Shown one piece after another: positions 16,052 to 26,027 of a DNA stretch of 53,899 nt. A program made the position numbers and the translations under genes. The notes beneath the pieces were generated by a model. The model ran no database searches and was not told the origin of the DNA. It saw only the letters and a program-made list of their open reading frames with translations. Source of the DNA: a virus (taxonomy: Duplodnaviria; Caudoviricetes); IMG/VR virus record IMGVR_UViG_3300012942_000054, positions 1 to 53,899 of that record; one strand, written 5' to 3'. How positions within the stretch are numbered: position 1 is the first letter of the stretch; each line of letters opens with the position of its first letter.

Positions 16052-18343
16052 TTAATTTCCTGAAACTTGATTCCACACGTAATTGCCACCTCCCATGTCC
16101 TGACATTGAATCAATATTGTGCGGGTCATGCCTGTAACATTGCTACCTGCATTGTTGTAATAACCCGGAGAAACCGCTACCGTAATTGCCGTACCGGATG
16201 ACCGCGATACTATCTGCAACAGGCGCCCCGACTGGTCAGATGATGCATTAGGAATTGTAATTGTACCATCCTCTGTTTCCATAATGATATAATCGCCATC
16301 CTGAACGGTATAGTTCCCCGCAACGACTGTGTATTCGCGAAACTGGGCGCCTTTAATAAAGTTGGATTCAGCCGCAAGGGTAATCCTTCCTCCACCGCCT
16401 GTTGCCTCTATATCAATACTATTTGTAGATGTTAGTTTGAACGGCTCACCGCCCAAATAGCCTATTTTAGTATTATCGCTACCAATTGTTTTCGTGAAAA
16501 CGATATCTTCTCCACCTGCATCATTCCCGTTGGTCAAGACATCATGCAAATTGGGGTTTGTAAATGCCGGAAATGTCGCTAAACTGCCGTCACCGCGGAT
16601 GTACTGGCTTGTTGTGCCGGTTGGTACATTGTATTTTGCCGCCCATTCCGCCGTTGTGGGCAATTTATACCCGCCGGCAATTCCAACAGTAAAGGTCTTA
16701 TCGGTGCTGCTGTTTGCGGTAAATGTTTGCGACCCGGTTAGCCCTGTTCCGGTGGACATAATCAAGGCATTATTATTAATATCTGTGGTTGCTGCTACTT
16801 TTCTAAACGCGCTTCCGCCGGCGCTAAACCACAAATCAGTACTGCCGTTATAATTGTACAAATCCCATCTTCCGCTATTTGAGTTATTGTTTCTTACATA
16901 AGTTATACCGCCGCCAAAAGAGTTGTCGGGGAATCCTGTGTTTGTTGTGCCTTTACTGTAAATCCACAAACCAACTGTTCGGGGTAAAAAAGCATCATCG
17001 GTACTACCTAAAGGCAAAGAACGGAGCGAGGTTAAAGTGGCTGATGTTCCCGTGGATGATGTAACGGTTCCGGAGGTCGTGGTCGTGCCTAAATCTGTTC
17101 CGGGAGTAGTCGGCAACGTCACGCTATTACCGTCGCTAATGCTAAGCGTCTGACCTGATATTGATAAAGTTTGAGCAGCGGGAATATCCTGTGTAGATAG
17201 CACTCCATCTGCATCCGCCGTAACCATTCTTACACCTGTTCCTGACAAATCCGATATTGCCGCATTTCCTCGAACATCTAAATTATATAGCGGCATATTA
17301 TTTTGCCCTGATGGCAAATTGATACCAACACTGGAATTGGTAAATTTTATTGTCGGATTTAAGTAGGTATTATTTCCAAAACCCAAATATCCAAAACTCA
17401 ATTGTTGTGATTGACCAAAAAAACCAAAACTACCCATGATACTTCCAGAGGTGTTGGTAACATTAAAAAATCTATTCCAGCCTGTTGAAATTGTAGTGGG
17501 CACAATGGAAATTCCATTCCCAGTTAGTGTTAGAACACTATTATTCGTACCACCTTTGGTAATGGTGTTTCCCTGAGTAGTTACAGCTTGTAAGTTAGGG
17601 ATAGATGATAAATAGTTTTGCGATTGAACCCAATCTTCTGTTGCAACCTTTTTGTATGTGAACTGAACAGCACCAGCCGGAGTGTCAACGAAAGGTTGAC
17701 TATTATAAAAAGTGACGGTATTATTACCGGTAGAGATTCTGTTTATTACTACTCCTCGCAACTGCACATAATTTGCCGTCGGTTGCGCCCATACGGTTAG
17801 GGTGTTTCCTGAAGTTGTGTACCAAAATTGGTATGAGGTATTAGAAACATCCCTCAGCTGGTATGCCGTTACATTTAGCGCACCTGATACAAGAATAACT
17901 CCAAATTGCAAATGCGAAACTGTTGGGTCATTGCTTCCATGTCCTCTTACAACATTAATGTCAAACTTTTCAGACCATGAATTGCCATTGATAGTAACGT
18001 CGAGAACCTTGCAAAAGTTTCCTGCATTTGTGTTATTCGATGAGTTAGTTATAAAAACGACTGGTGTTAGTGCTGATACGGCATCATTTACCGCTTTAGT
18101 GGTAGGATAAGTAACATTATCAGGGCTGTTCAGGTTTGTCACCTTATTGCTCGTTCTTTCCAAATCAGTAGGCACGCCGCTTACGTCCGTCCACTTGAGC
18201 GAATCTAACACATTCACACCCGAACGGGTAATGATAGTTTGCCCCCCTACACCGGGCTCAATCTGTTTAGGTGAAATCTTCATGCTTTGCCCGAATGAGA
18301 GCAAAGGCAGGAAGCTAATAGCCGCTAATAGTATCCGTTTCAT
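16052..18343 (-). CDS. tail-fibre-like protein with Sec signal peptide
   Basis: MKRILLAAISFLPLLSFG|Q; G/S/T/N-rich with fibre-type motifs RMVTADADGVL, TTSQYIRGDGS, QTLSISGQTLSIS. Confidence 0.65.
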   Translation of the reverse strand: MKRILLAAISFLPLLSFGQSMKISPKQIEPGVGGQTIITRSGVNVLDSLKWTDVSGVPTDLERTSNKVTNLNSPDNVTYPTTKAVNDAVSALTPVVFITNSSNNTNAGNFCKVLDVTINGNSWSEKFDINVVRGHGSNDPTVSHLQFGVILVSGALNVTAYQLRDVSNTSYQFWYTTSGNTLTVWAQPTANYVQLRGVVINRISTGNNTVTFYNSQPFVDTPAGAVQFTYKKVATEDWVQSQNYLSSIPNLQAVTTQGNTITKGGTNNSVLTLTGNGISIVPTTISTGWNRFFNVTNTSGSIMGSFGFFGQSQQLSFGYLGFGNNTYLNPTIKFTNSSVGINLPSGQNNMPLYNLDVRGNAAISDLSGTGVRMVTADADGVLSTQDIPAAQTLSISGQTLSISDGNSVTLPTTPGTDLGTTTTSGTVTSSTGTSATLTSLRSLPLGSTDDAFLPRTVGLWIYSKGTTNTGFPDNSFGGGITYVRNNNSNSGRWDLYNYNGSTDLWFSAGGSAFRKVAATTDINNNALIMSTGTGLTGSQTFTANSSTDKTFTVGIAGGYKLPTTAEWAAKYNVPTGTTSQYIRGDGSLATFPAFTNPNLHDVLTNGNDAGGEDIVFTKTIGSDNTKIGYLGGEPFKLTSTNSIDIEATGGGGRITLAAESNFIKGAQFREYTVVAGNYTVQDGDYIIMETEDGTITIPNASSDQSGRLLQIVSRSSGTAITVAVSPGYYNNAGSNVTGMTRTILIQCQDMGGGNYVWNQVSGN

Positions 18344-18641
18344 AAGTCGTCCATGTATTTATTGTACTGATTTGTTTGCCGCATTTCACACACTGCCGGC
18401 TCACAATTTGTGTCTGTGTATGCGCCACGGTGTCAGTTTCATCAGCCGTGGTCGTAAACCATTCGTGATGACAGCTATCCACGCCTGCATAACCATTCTC
18501 TGTTCTTGTTGAGAATGTCGTATAAGTGCTGTCCGTATTCGCCGGCGGTGCTGCAAAGGCACTTTTTTCAGGCTGCACCAAAAAGAACATGCAGGTAATA
18601 ATAACTGCCAGTAGCGAGAATATAGTTGCTATTCGTTTCAT
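18315..18641 (-). CDS. exported small Cys/His protein
   Basis: Hydrophobic N-terminus, AFA motif, CHHEW...CVKCG. Confidence 0.6.
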   Translation of the reverse strand: MKRIATIFSLLAVIITCMFFLVQPEKSAFAAPPANTDSTYTTFSTRTENGYAGVDSCHHEWFTTTADETDTVAHTQTQIVSRQCVKCGKQISTINTWTTYETDTISGY

Positions 18642-18653
18642 GAGATTGGGGGG

Positions 18654-19718
18654 TTAATAGACGTATTTAATATCAACTTCATCCCCTGCACTTACATTAT
18701 AAGGCAGGTTTGTGTTTGTTATTTTCAATGTTGTTCCACTCCATGTTACCGCACCCCATTTTGCCAAAACCCCATTGATGAATACTTCAGGAATACGGCC
18801 TGCTTTTACCGCATGTGGCAAGATTATCGAAACCACACCCGATACAATATCTCCTGATACAACCATATGGGTTAATGTGTCCTCCGTACCGTAAATATCC
18901 GTTGGGCTGACATCTGCATTGATAGTCACGTTTCCGCTACCGACCAATCTATTGGTAAGCGTCCCGGTCATGGTTACATTAGTTCCTGCTACCAAATTGC
19001 CTCTGGTAACTCCGATAGCCCCGGTGGTTGAATTATATGTAATTGGTGATGTTCCCGAAATGTCAGATAAACTTGCTTTACCGTTAAACGAAGTCCAATC
19101 GGTTGAACTCAAATAGCCATCCGTGCTTCCGTCTGCCTTATCAATCGTAAGAGCTGGAGTTGTAGTTGGAGTAGCCACATGAAGCGGTGCTGTTGCGGTT
19201 ACATTAGTCACTGTACCACCGCCGATTGTTGGTAATGTTTTCCATGTGCCATCGCCGGCCAAATACTTGCCGACTCCGGCAGTTCCTGACCCCAAACGGT
19301 CGGTTGCAAATGTTCCGGATGTGATTATACTTGCCGGTAAATTAGGTATATCCGCTGCTACCAATGCACGAAAATCAGGCACTCCATTTGAGCCGGTTGG
19401 AGAGGCAAACACCTGATTAGCCGTTTGGCTTTTGAATGTCAGCGACAATGTACCGGAAGTCGTTACCGGACTGCCACCAACATTAAACACACTTGTCGGA
19501 GCTGATAATGCTACTGAGGTCACTGTGCCTTGCGGAATGTTCGGTGGGTTGGAAATATCAGCCCATTTCAGCGAATCCCATTGGGCAACGCCGCTACGAA
19601 CGATAATTAGCTTGCCGTTTGGATTTACGGCATCAGGTTTCAATTGTTTGGGCGCAACCTGCGCAAACGCCCCGATTCCTGCTAAGGAAAGAATTGATAA
19701 AAGGATTAACTTTTTCAT
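18654..19718 (-). CDS. tail-fibre-like protein with Sec signal peptide
   Basis: MKKLILLSILSLAGIGAFA|Q; GTVTSV, VPDFRALVAADIP, YLAGDGTW motifs. Confidence 0.65.
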   Translation of the reverse strand: MKKLILLSILSLAGIGAFAQVAPKQLKPDAVNPNGKLIIVRSGVAQWDSLKWADISNPPNIPQGTVTSVALSAPTSVFNVGGSPVTTSGTLSLTFKSQTANQVFASPTGSNGVPDFRALVAADIPNLPASIITSGTFATDRLGSGTAGVGKYLAGDGTWKTLPTIGGGTVTNVTATAPLHVATPTTTPALTIDKADGSTDGYLSSTDWTSFNGKASLSDISGTSPITYNSTTGAIGVTRGNLVAGTNVTMTGTLTNRLVGSGNVTINADVSPTDIYGTEDTLTHMVVSGDIVSGVVSIILPHAVKAGRIPEVFINGVLAKWGAVTWSGTTLKITNTNLPYNVSAGDEVDIKYVY

Positions 19719-19733
19719 TGTTTTTTGTTTTGT

Positions 19734-20216
19734 TTAGTTGTGATAAGAATATTTGACTTTTATTTTATCCGTGCTGTCTATCCGATAAAATGACTTTATT
19801 ATTGTTAATTTATTATTTATTATTTGTATCCAATCACTCGGCAGCTCCACACCGTTTACACTAACCACCGTTGTATTGGCAGATGGCTCAAATGACAGCG
19901 AGTAACTCCCCGTGCCTACCGGTTCGCCGTCAAACTCCTCTACACGCTGATAATAATTATTCGATTCCTGCCCAACCTCAACCCATTGCCCGCTTTTTTT
20001 ATATTCCAGATTATGGGAATTGTCGTTTATCCGTATGTCCCCATATCCGTAAAAATCAGAGTTCCCCGAAGTGTGAGGCAGCCCGATTGCAGAATCAGCC
20101 ATAAAACCGCCCTTGTTTTGTACAATCATGTGTGGGTTGCCTTGCACCTGTACCTGTTGCGCATATAAACCACTCGTCAGGGCTATCAATATCAATGTCA
20201 AAATTCCTTTTCTCAT
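19734..20216 (-). CDS. exported beta-rich protein
   Basis: MRKGILTLILIALTSGLYA|Q; C-terminal VSVNGV...DKIKVKY resembles the C-terminus of 18654-19718 (VFINGV...DEVDIKY). Confidence 0.65.
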   Translation of the reverse strand: MRKGILTLILIALTSGLYAQQVQVQGNPHMIVQNKGGFMADSAIGLPHTSGNSDFYGYGDIRINDNSHNLEYKKSGQWVEVGQESNNYYQRVEEFDGEPVGTGSYSLSFEPSANTTVVSVNGVELPSDWIQIINNKLTIIKSFYRIDSTDKIKVKYSYHN

Positions 20217-20656
20217 TGCCCCGATTTATTGATTAATACTGCTATTTTATTACCCGGATAAACGCCGCCAAAATCCGTAAAGTCTAATGTTCCGGTCGTT
20301 GAATTGAGCGTTACTTTATCTTCATCAACCATATTATCAATAACCACTAATAACAACTCCCCACCCTTTAAATTCACATCCACAATCGTGTTACTTTGTG
20401 ACTGCGGCTCATACACAAACTTGTACGTCTGTTTTATCGCCTTTATCTGTTCGGTAAGCGTATTTGAAAGAGCTTGCAGTAACTGTGTTACTTGTTGTTT
20501 AGTGTATGTCTTGTTTTGTAAGGCGAACAGATTGGCATCGACACAATAATTATCTACATTTGGCTTAAACGCCGCAAGAAATATTCCGATCAGGTCTGTT
20601 GCCTCCGAAAAATCACTTAGCTTCTCTCCAGTTAGATTATTTGGGTCTAATACCAT
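20213..20656 (-). CDS. putative structural/adaptor protein
   Basis: In the fibre operon, no signal peptide. Confidence 0.6.
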   Translation of the reverse strand: MVLDPNNLTGEKLSDFSEATDLIGIFLAAFKPNVDNYCVDANLFALQNKTYTKQQVTQLLQALSNTLTEQIKAIKQTYKFVYEPQSQSNTIVDVNLKGGELLLVVIDNMVDEDKVTLNSTTGTLDFTDFGGVYPGNKIAVLINKSGQ

Positions 20657-20660
20657 TCCT

Positions 20661-20825
20661 TTAGCTTCTTTCGGGTATAAATACTATTTGTCCATCACTC
20701 TCCGACAACAATAAAATAGGGTTGCTATCTGTGCTTTTCTCGGCAACGAGAACGGGTAAGAGCACACCTTCTCCATCATCAACAATATCTATATCACCGC
20801 AAGCACCAACCGTTAGCCATTTCAT
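20661..20825 (-). CDS. small protein (54 aa) MKWLTVGACGDIDIV...
   Basis: Translated by hand; first ORF after leader element C. Confidence 0.6.
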   Translation of the reverse strand: MKWLTVGACGDIDIVDDGEGVLLPVLVAEKSTDSNPILLLSESDGQIVFIPERS

Positions 20826-20837
20826 AGTTATTAAAAT

Positions 20838-20900
20838 AAAAAATGCGCCAACCCCACCAACGTAGAATTAGCGCACCAACGCTCTAAATAAACAATATGT
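20838..20900 (-). promoter_or_regulatory. conserved leader/attenuator element C
   Basis: ACATAT...AGAGCGTTGG-TGCGCTAATTCTAC-GTTG-GTGGGGTTGGCGCA-TTTTTT. Confidence 0.7.
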
Positions 20901-20947
20901 ACTCCTAAACTTTACTTATACCCAATAAATATTCGCTTTTATCCTCA

Positions 20948-20990
20948 CAAAGGTAATGATTTTATTTACAAATGCGACTGTGTCTTATTA
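20948..20990 (-). promoter_or_regulatory. TAnnTTTG promoter plus degenerate palindromic operator
   Basis: TACCTTTG (20948-55) lies 14 nt from AAATGCGAC-TGT-GTCTTATTA (20970-90). Confidence 0.65.
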
Positions 20991-20993
20991 AAA

Positions 20994-22814
20994 TTAATGA
21001 ATCGTCCATCCAAGACTTTGCAGGAAATTCCTTGCTGTCAATGATGTTGCCGTATATCCCGGTGTCGGATTACTGTAAATTTGTATCCTACCGTTTTCGG
21101 GCGGAGCAGAACCACCATAATATGCACTTGCATAAAGAGCCACATTAATGGCAAACTGGTCTGCTTCCGCATCTGACATTGCACTACCCATCAAATAGAA
21201 CTCTTTAAGGTTCTTCCAAATTGGCGTTGGCGGTACTTGAGCAGGGTCAGGCGTTACCATTGGGTGAGTGGATAAACTGGTATTATTTATCTGTACCCTA
21301 AATAAAGTATCCTTACTGGACGCCAATGTAGGATAAATATTGAATGAACTTAATTGCTGTGCATTATTAATAATAACTTCCTGCAAATTGGGTAAAGTTA
21401 TATTCACAAATGGAATTTTTACGGAAGCCTCATCATAAATCCGTAAATAAGTTATCGGACTTGGCTCATCATAAAATATATCCATCGTACGGGTTTCGTT
21501 CTGCAAAAGGAACCCTTTACATTCCACTGTGGTAAGCCCTCTTAATATTCCAAATCCATAATTGACATTTTGCGAAGTGTCGATTAAGGCAATGTGATTC
21601 CCATTGCCCTGAATATCATATTTGGGTTTTGCGGCATAAAAGGATTGTGTTGTGGACATTGTAGTCTGGAATCTGCTGGTAAGCGTAATCCAACTGGCCT
21701 CTGTAAAATCCTCATCACTCCCCAAATTGTAAACAAGATAGTGGACGCTTGTTATCGGGTCTGTATAAACAGAAAAAGTACCTGCATATCCTTTATTTTG
21801 GAGGTCGTTATTCAGAATAAAAATAACGCTGTCAACGCCCGATAAATTGGGAGCGTAATATGGGTTTTCAATAAAATAATCCACAAACCCGTTTCTGCCC
21901 ATCTTTATACTCCACAACACAAACGGGACGGAGGGTATTTGTCCGACTATTACCGCTCCTGAATTGTGGATAAACCCATTCATATTATCAGCCTCTCCCA
22001 AACTGATTTTAACAGCATCCAACGGATATAAATCGGCATCCTCTACCTCTAAACTCGAATCATCCAATACCGTAAATTGTTTGCCGTCAATCTTGATTTT
22101 GTCAACTGCAAATATATGGTTGAGCATGTCAATCATGTATTCCGGGAGCAACCGTCCGCCGCCGCCAAAAACAAAGTCCCATTTGCGATAAGCCGTGCCG
22201 GAAAGCAAAACAGATGAATAGCCTTGGTCTTGAAATACAGTCCTTGTCGCCACCGGAGTTAATTTCATCATGCCGTTTACCCGCAAACAGAACTTTTGAT
22301 AGGTCTGTTCAAAAAGTACGTTATCTTTATTATAGGTGTTTTGGTATTCAAAAAGTACGGTGTTTTCGTGCTTATCCTCGACCGATAGCGGCTCTGAAAG
22401 AAATACTTTTGTGCTGTTGTCGGGGAATGTAATTTCAATAGACAGATAATAAATTCCTGATGCGATGCTATTCCAAAACTGAAAATCCTGAAACTGATAA
22501 TAAGATGAGGTTATGTCGTTAACGCTAATACCGGACGGATAAGGCACTTTTGTAAATGTTGCCGTCTTTTGGGTTATACCGTTACAATTAAGCAACTTAA
22601 TGGACACCGAAGCCCCGTCATTGACCATTACCTGTAAACTCAGATAATCTTTATTCTGAACAGGCTGTGCGTAAAAAACCTTTGTCTGAAAGTTATAAAT
22701 CAAGTCGTAATACCATTCATTGTCGAACTGCTGACGATTATATCGGGCATTGGGCGATACGCCTGCCGGAACAAACCTAATACCGTTCAAAGGAGAAATA
22801 ACGACCTGATTCAT
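20994..22814 (-). CDS. tail/baseplate protein
   Basis: 606 aa, downstream of tape measure and tail tip; leucine-rich-repeat-like C-terminus. Confidence 0.65.
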   Translation of the reverse strand: MNQVVISPLNGIRFVPAGVSPNARYNRQQFDNEWYYDLIYNFQTKVFYAQPVQNKDYLSLQVMVNDGASVSIKLLNCNGITQKTATFTKVPYPSGISVNDITSSYYQFQDFQFWNSIASGIYYLSIEITFPDNSTKVFLSEPLSVEDKHENTVLFEYQNTYNKDNVLFEQTYQKFCLRVNGMMKLTPVATRTVFQDQGYSSVLLSGTAYRKWDFVFGGGGRLLPEYMIDMLNHIFAVDKIKIDGKQFTVLDDSSLEVEDADLYPLDAVKISLGEADNMNGFIHNSGAVIVGQIPSVPFVLWSIKMGRNGFVDYFIENPYYAPNLSGVDSVIFILNNDLQNKGYAGTFSVYTDPITSVHYLVYNLGSDEDFTEASWITLTSRFQTTMSTTQSFYAAKPKYDIQGNGNHIALIDTSQNVNYGFGILRGLTTVECKGFLLQNETRTMDIFYDEPSPITYLRIYDEASVKIPFVNITLPNLQEVIINNAQQLSSFNIYPTLASSKDTLFRVQINNTSLSTHPMVTPDPAQVPPTPIWKNLKEFYLMGSAMSDAEADQFAINVALYASAYYGGSAPPENGRIQIYSNPTPGYTATSLTARNFLQSLGWTIH

Positions 22815-22818
22815 GCCA

Positions 22819-22853
22819 CAAAGATAATCATTAAATGCGACTTAGTTGCGTTT
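22819..22853 (-). promoter_or_regulatory. TAnnTTTG promoter plus palindromic operator
   Basis: TATCTTTG 4 nt before ATG; AAATGCGAC-TTA-GTTGCGTTT at 22833-53. Confidence 0.75.
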
Positions 22854-22867
22854 GAATATCGGAACAC

Positions 22868-22897
22868 AAAAAATAGCCGCCACGAATGACGGCTATT
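22868..22897 (-). terminator. intrinsic terminator
   Basis: AATAGCCGTCA-TTCG-TGGCGGCTATT-TTTT on the minus strand. Confidence 0.75.
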
Positions 22898-22911
22898 AAG
22901 TTGAAAGCAAT

Positions 22912-23100
22912 TCACAATTTGCTCGTGAAATGAGAAAGCAAAGATATAATTATGGCCACAAAAAACAAAATTCCTAACAGCCTAAAAAATACCGGCGGTA
23001 AAATCTTTATCCGAGAGTTGGTTATTTCAGGATAATCCGACCATTTGTCGAAGATGAATTTTCGTAAAAACTGTTTCATTATAAATACGAATGTAGCCAT
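22912..23100 (-). CDS. small membrane protein
   Basis: C-terminal TM helix. Confidence 0.5.
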   Translation of the reverse strand: MATFVFIMKQFLRKFIFDKWSDYPEITNSRIKILPPVFFRLLGILFFVAIIISLLSHFTSKL

Positions 23101-23101
23101 T

Positions 23102-25300
23102 TTACCGCAACTTGCTCAAATCATTGTCCGGGTGGCTCAACAACCGGAATGTATATTTATCCCTTGTTGCTGGTTTGCAGCCAACGTCTAAGATGAAGCC
23201 TTTGAATACCGTGTCATTGTAGGTAAAGGAAATGTAGCCATTCAAATTACCCTCTAAAATCTCTATCAGATTGTATGGCGGCGCGGCCTCGACCTCTAAA
23301 ACCACCCATTGAAATAACGGCTGCGCCGTGGTTGCCTCTAAATCAATATCGGCATTCTCAATAATATTGCCGGCAAAGAAATTGCTTTGTACATCAGGGT
23401 TTTTATCCGTGGTTTGAAACTTCAATTTCCCTTTGCTTATCATGCTCTTGATATACGGCAGTAAGCGGTATAATGAACGCTTTGGAGAAAGTGTAAGGTT
23501 GTAGGCCTCTTCTATTCCATGAAAACCTGAAACTGCGCCATTCGGTCTATATGGCTTTGCGGTATTCGGGTCGTATTCTATCAGGAATATACCTTTAAGG
23601 CGGCTATCGTCAGTAGTATCAATTAAAGAATCCTGATTGGAATTTTCCATGTTGTTCAGAGCGTATTTATTCATCCTCAAATATTCAATTCCAAAAACAT
23701 CAGCTCTTAAATCAGAACGCATGTCATTGGTCGTTTCTTTAGCTGTCAGATTATTTAGTATTTCAGGAATTGAATATTGCTGTCCGGTATTAAACTCATT
23801 CGTTAGCCCCAACTGGTCGTCATCATAGCTTTTATACCCCACATACATCAGGTTAAATATCTTCTCGTCATAAATAGCGGCTGAAACGGAACTTACATGA
23901 TTTGCATCAAGTGATAATATTTCATTGTTTCGGTCTAAAAAATAAGACAATGGCTCAATGACAAATTGTTTGTCTTCAACGCCTATTCCCAACATCCAAC
24001 GTCCGAAAGTATCCTTTTGAATCTCCTCAAAATTGGTTTTAAATCGTGGTATATCCTGTAATAAACAAAATGCGCTAAACGCAAGCGTATTATAGGGGCT
24101 GTTATCATAATTGGCCGCCCGAAAAGCGCTTGACGTGTCAGGATTTGAAAGAAAATCACTTTTTAAAGAGTATTCCCCATTGGTAAACGTGTTGATAAAT
24201 TCACTGACAAAATCAACATATCGTGTACCAATCCCTAATGTGGCCGGAACTCTCAAAGTATAATCCATTTCAATAGTGGCGGTATTTCCATTTAAGTCGC
24301 CGGTTTGAATATATGTGCCTGCTCCTTGTGAAGTTGAGAGTGTGCCATCCTCTCTCCCAACAACTAAAGAAACTGTATCTCCGGGATTTACAGTAATGTC
24401 ATGCTCCCACAATGTTATTTCTGCGGCATCCGTATATTGCCCACTACCCTGTGGAGGTGTATTACCAGATGTATATATGCTCCATATGTGTATTATCTCG
24501 CCATCTCCATTATTTCTTATTATCCATAAAAAAACAGAGTTTACCTGATTCCAATTTGGATAATAGCAGCTTTCCTCAACTCTTAAATTGCTTATTTTTA
24601 TGTGAATATCGGCGGATATGGTTGATTTTATAAGACAATTTTGTTTTAAAATATTTAATGCATCATTATTACTATTCGTAAAACCACCTGCAACGGTATT
24701 AGGAACAATATTGCTACCAATATTTGATGTTCTACTTTGGAAAATTAAAGGAATAGCACCGAAACAATAGCCCGTATTATAACTGGCAGACGACCAATTT
24801 ATTTTTGCTCCAATCTTAAAGCCATCAATTGAAATACCTTGTGTTTGTCCTGTTGGTGTCTGAAATTCAAAATAAGCGCTTTTATTTGCAGTAATAAATG
24901 CCGTAATGTCATCGTCCAATAATACCACATCAAAGTAATCTTTTTCAATTTTACTTTGCGTGAGGTCAACCTGACATTGATAGTATCGTTTGTATTCCCT
25001 CGAAAAGGTATCAAGTTTTTCAACCATTAAATAAACCTTTCCGTAAAACCCATTATCGGATAATGCCTGAATAAGAATATCCCGGCCATCCTTTACAAAA
25101 CGCAAGTCAAACGCATATTTCCTGAATACGCCCCAATATTCAGTATTCCTAATCCAAGACAATGATATATCTTGCCATCCATCAGGCGAATACTTTAGCG
25201 GTGTCTTTTGGGTTGTTTCCACCACTACTCCATTTTGCACCGCAAAATAAGTATTATCGTCTTTCTTTAGGTAAAATTCAAACGTTTTGTCCGTGTTCAT
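23102..25300 (-). CDS. tail tip/structural protein
   Basis: 732 aa, first structural gene after the tape measure; PDGWQDISLSWIRN...GVFR. Confidence 0.7.
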   Translation of the reverse strand: MNTDKTFEFYLKKDDNTYFAVQNGVVVETTQKTPLKYSPDGWQDISLSWIRNTEYWGVFRKYAFDLRFVKDGRDILIQALSDNGFYGKVYLMVEKLDTFSREYKRYYQCQVDLTQSKIEKDYFDVVLLDDDITAFITANKSAYFEFQTPTGQTQGISIDGFKIGAKINWSSASYNTGYCFGAIPLIFQSRTSNIGSNIVPNTVAGGFTNSNNDALNILKQNCLIKSTISADIHIKISNLRVEESCYYPNWNQVNSVFLWIIRNNGDGEIIHIWSIYTSGNTPPQGSGQYTDAAEITLWEHDITVNPGDTVSLVVGREDGTLSTSQGAGTYIQTGDLNGNTATIEMDYTLRVPATLGIGTRYVDFVSEFINTFTNGEYSLKSDFLSNPDTSSAFRAANYDNSPYNTLAFSAFCLLQDIPRFKTNFEEIQKDTFGRWMLGIGVEDKQFVIEPLSYFLDRNNEILSLDANHVSSVSAAIYDEKIFNLMYVGYKSYDDDQLGLTNEFNTGQQYSIPEILNNLTAKETTNDMRSDLRADVFGIEYLRMNKYALNNMENSNQDSLIDTTDDSRLKGIFLIEYDPNTAKPYRPNGAVSGFHGIEEAYNLTLSPKRSLYRLLPYIKSMISKGKLKFQTTDKNPDVQSNFFAGNIIENADIDLEATTAQPLFQWVVLEVEAAPPYNLIEILEGNLNGYISFTYNDTVFKGFILDVGCKPATRDKYTFRLLSHPDNDLSKLR

Positions 25301-25304
25301 GCAA

Positions 25305-25339
25305 CAAAGTTACGGATTTAATGCAACTAAGTCGCATCT
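25305..25339 (-). promoter_or_regulatory. TAnnTTTG promoter plus palindromic operator
   Basis: TAACTTTG 4 nt before ATG; TAATGCAAC-TAA-GTCGCATCT at 25319-39. Confidence 0.75.
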
Positions 25340-25424
25340 AAAAATTAACGGAGAAAGTTTAGATTTGATTGATGAATAGTTTACTTTTGCAAAAGAAATC
25401 ACAACCAACCGAAACGGAAATATC

Positions 25425-26027
25425 ATGGCCTTAGATACAACAGAAAGGTCGTTTACACAAGACCAAATTGATAAAATCGGCAATTCGATAATCTATTTTT
25501 CAAAAGAGCTTAATCCCGGCTTGAATAAAACTAAGATATTAAAATTGCTTTTTTTGCTGGAAGAATCTTGTATAAAAAATTACTGTTATCCATTTTTTGG
25601 GATTGACTTTCAATTATGGAAGTATGGCCCCGTGGCTAAAGATATATATATTGACCTGTCAGAATCAGCTCCCACTCTGTTAAAAGATTATGTCAAGCCA
25701 AATGGTAAAGGGGACTTTAAAGCAATAAAACCATTTAATGACGACGAGTTTTCCGACAATGATATTGAGTTATTAAAAGATATAACAGTTTATGCAAAAA
25801 ATAAGAATGCGAAATATCTTGTGAATGCCACTCATCAGAAAGGAAAACTATGGAGAAAATCAGCAATCAAGCATGGAGTGCTTGATTTACTGGAAAATGA
25901 ACAGATAAACAGCACAGAAAAAATTATTGATTTTACCCTTCTATTTGAAAGGGATAGCGATGCTAAAGAAAATTATTTAGAATTTTCGGAAAGTATGGCA
26001 TTCATAAGACATTTAAAATCTGAATAA
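25425..26027 (+). CDS. Panacea (DUF4065/SocA-like) domain antitoxin
   Basis: KTKILKLLFL...FQLWKYGPV...LVNATH...W; TACTTTTG promoter element at 25382. Confidence 0.8.
   Translation: MALDTTERSFTQDQIDKIGNSIIYFSKELNPGLNKTKILKLLFLLEESCIKNYCYPFFGIDFQLWKYGPVAKDIYIDLSESAPTLLKDYVKPNGKGDFKAIKPFNDDEFSDNDIELLKDITVYAKNKNAKYLVNATHQKGKLWRKSAIKHGVLDLLENEQINSTEKIIDFTLLFERDSDAKENYLEFSESMAFIRHLKSE

Noticed and set aside
16052-22814. Diversity-generating retroelement acting on the fibres
   Set aside because: No reverse transcriptase and no template/variable repeat pair noticed
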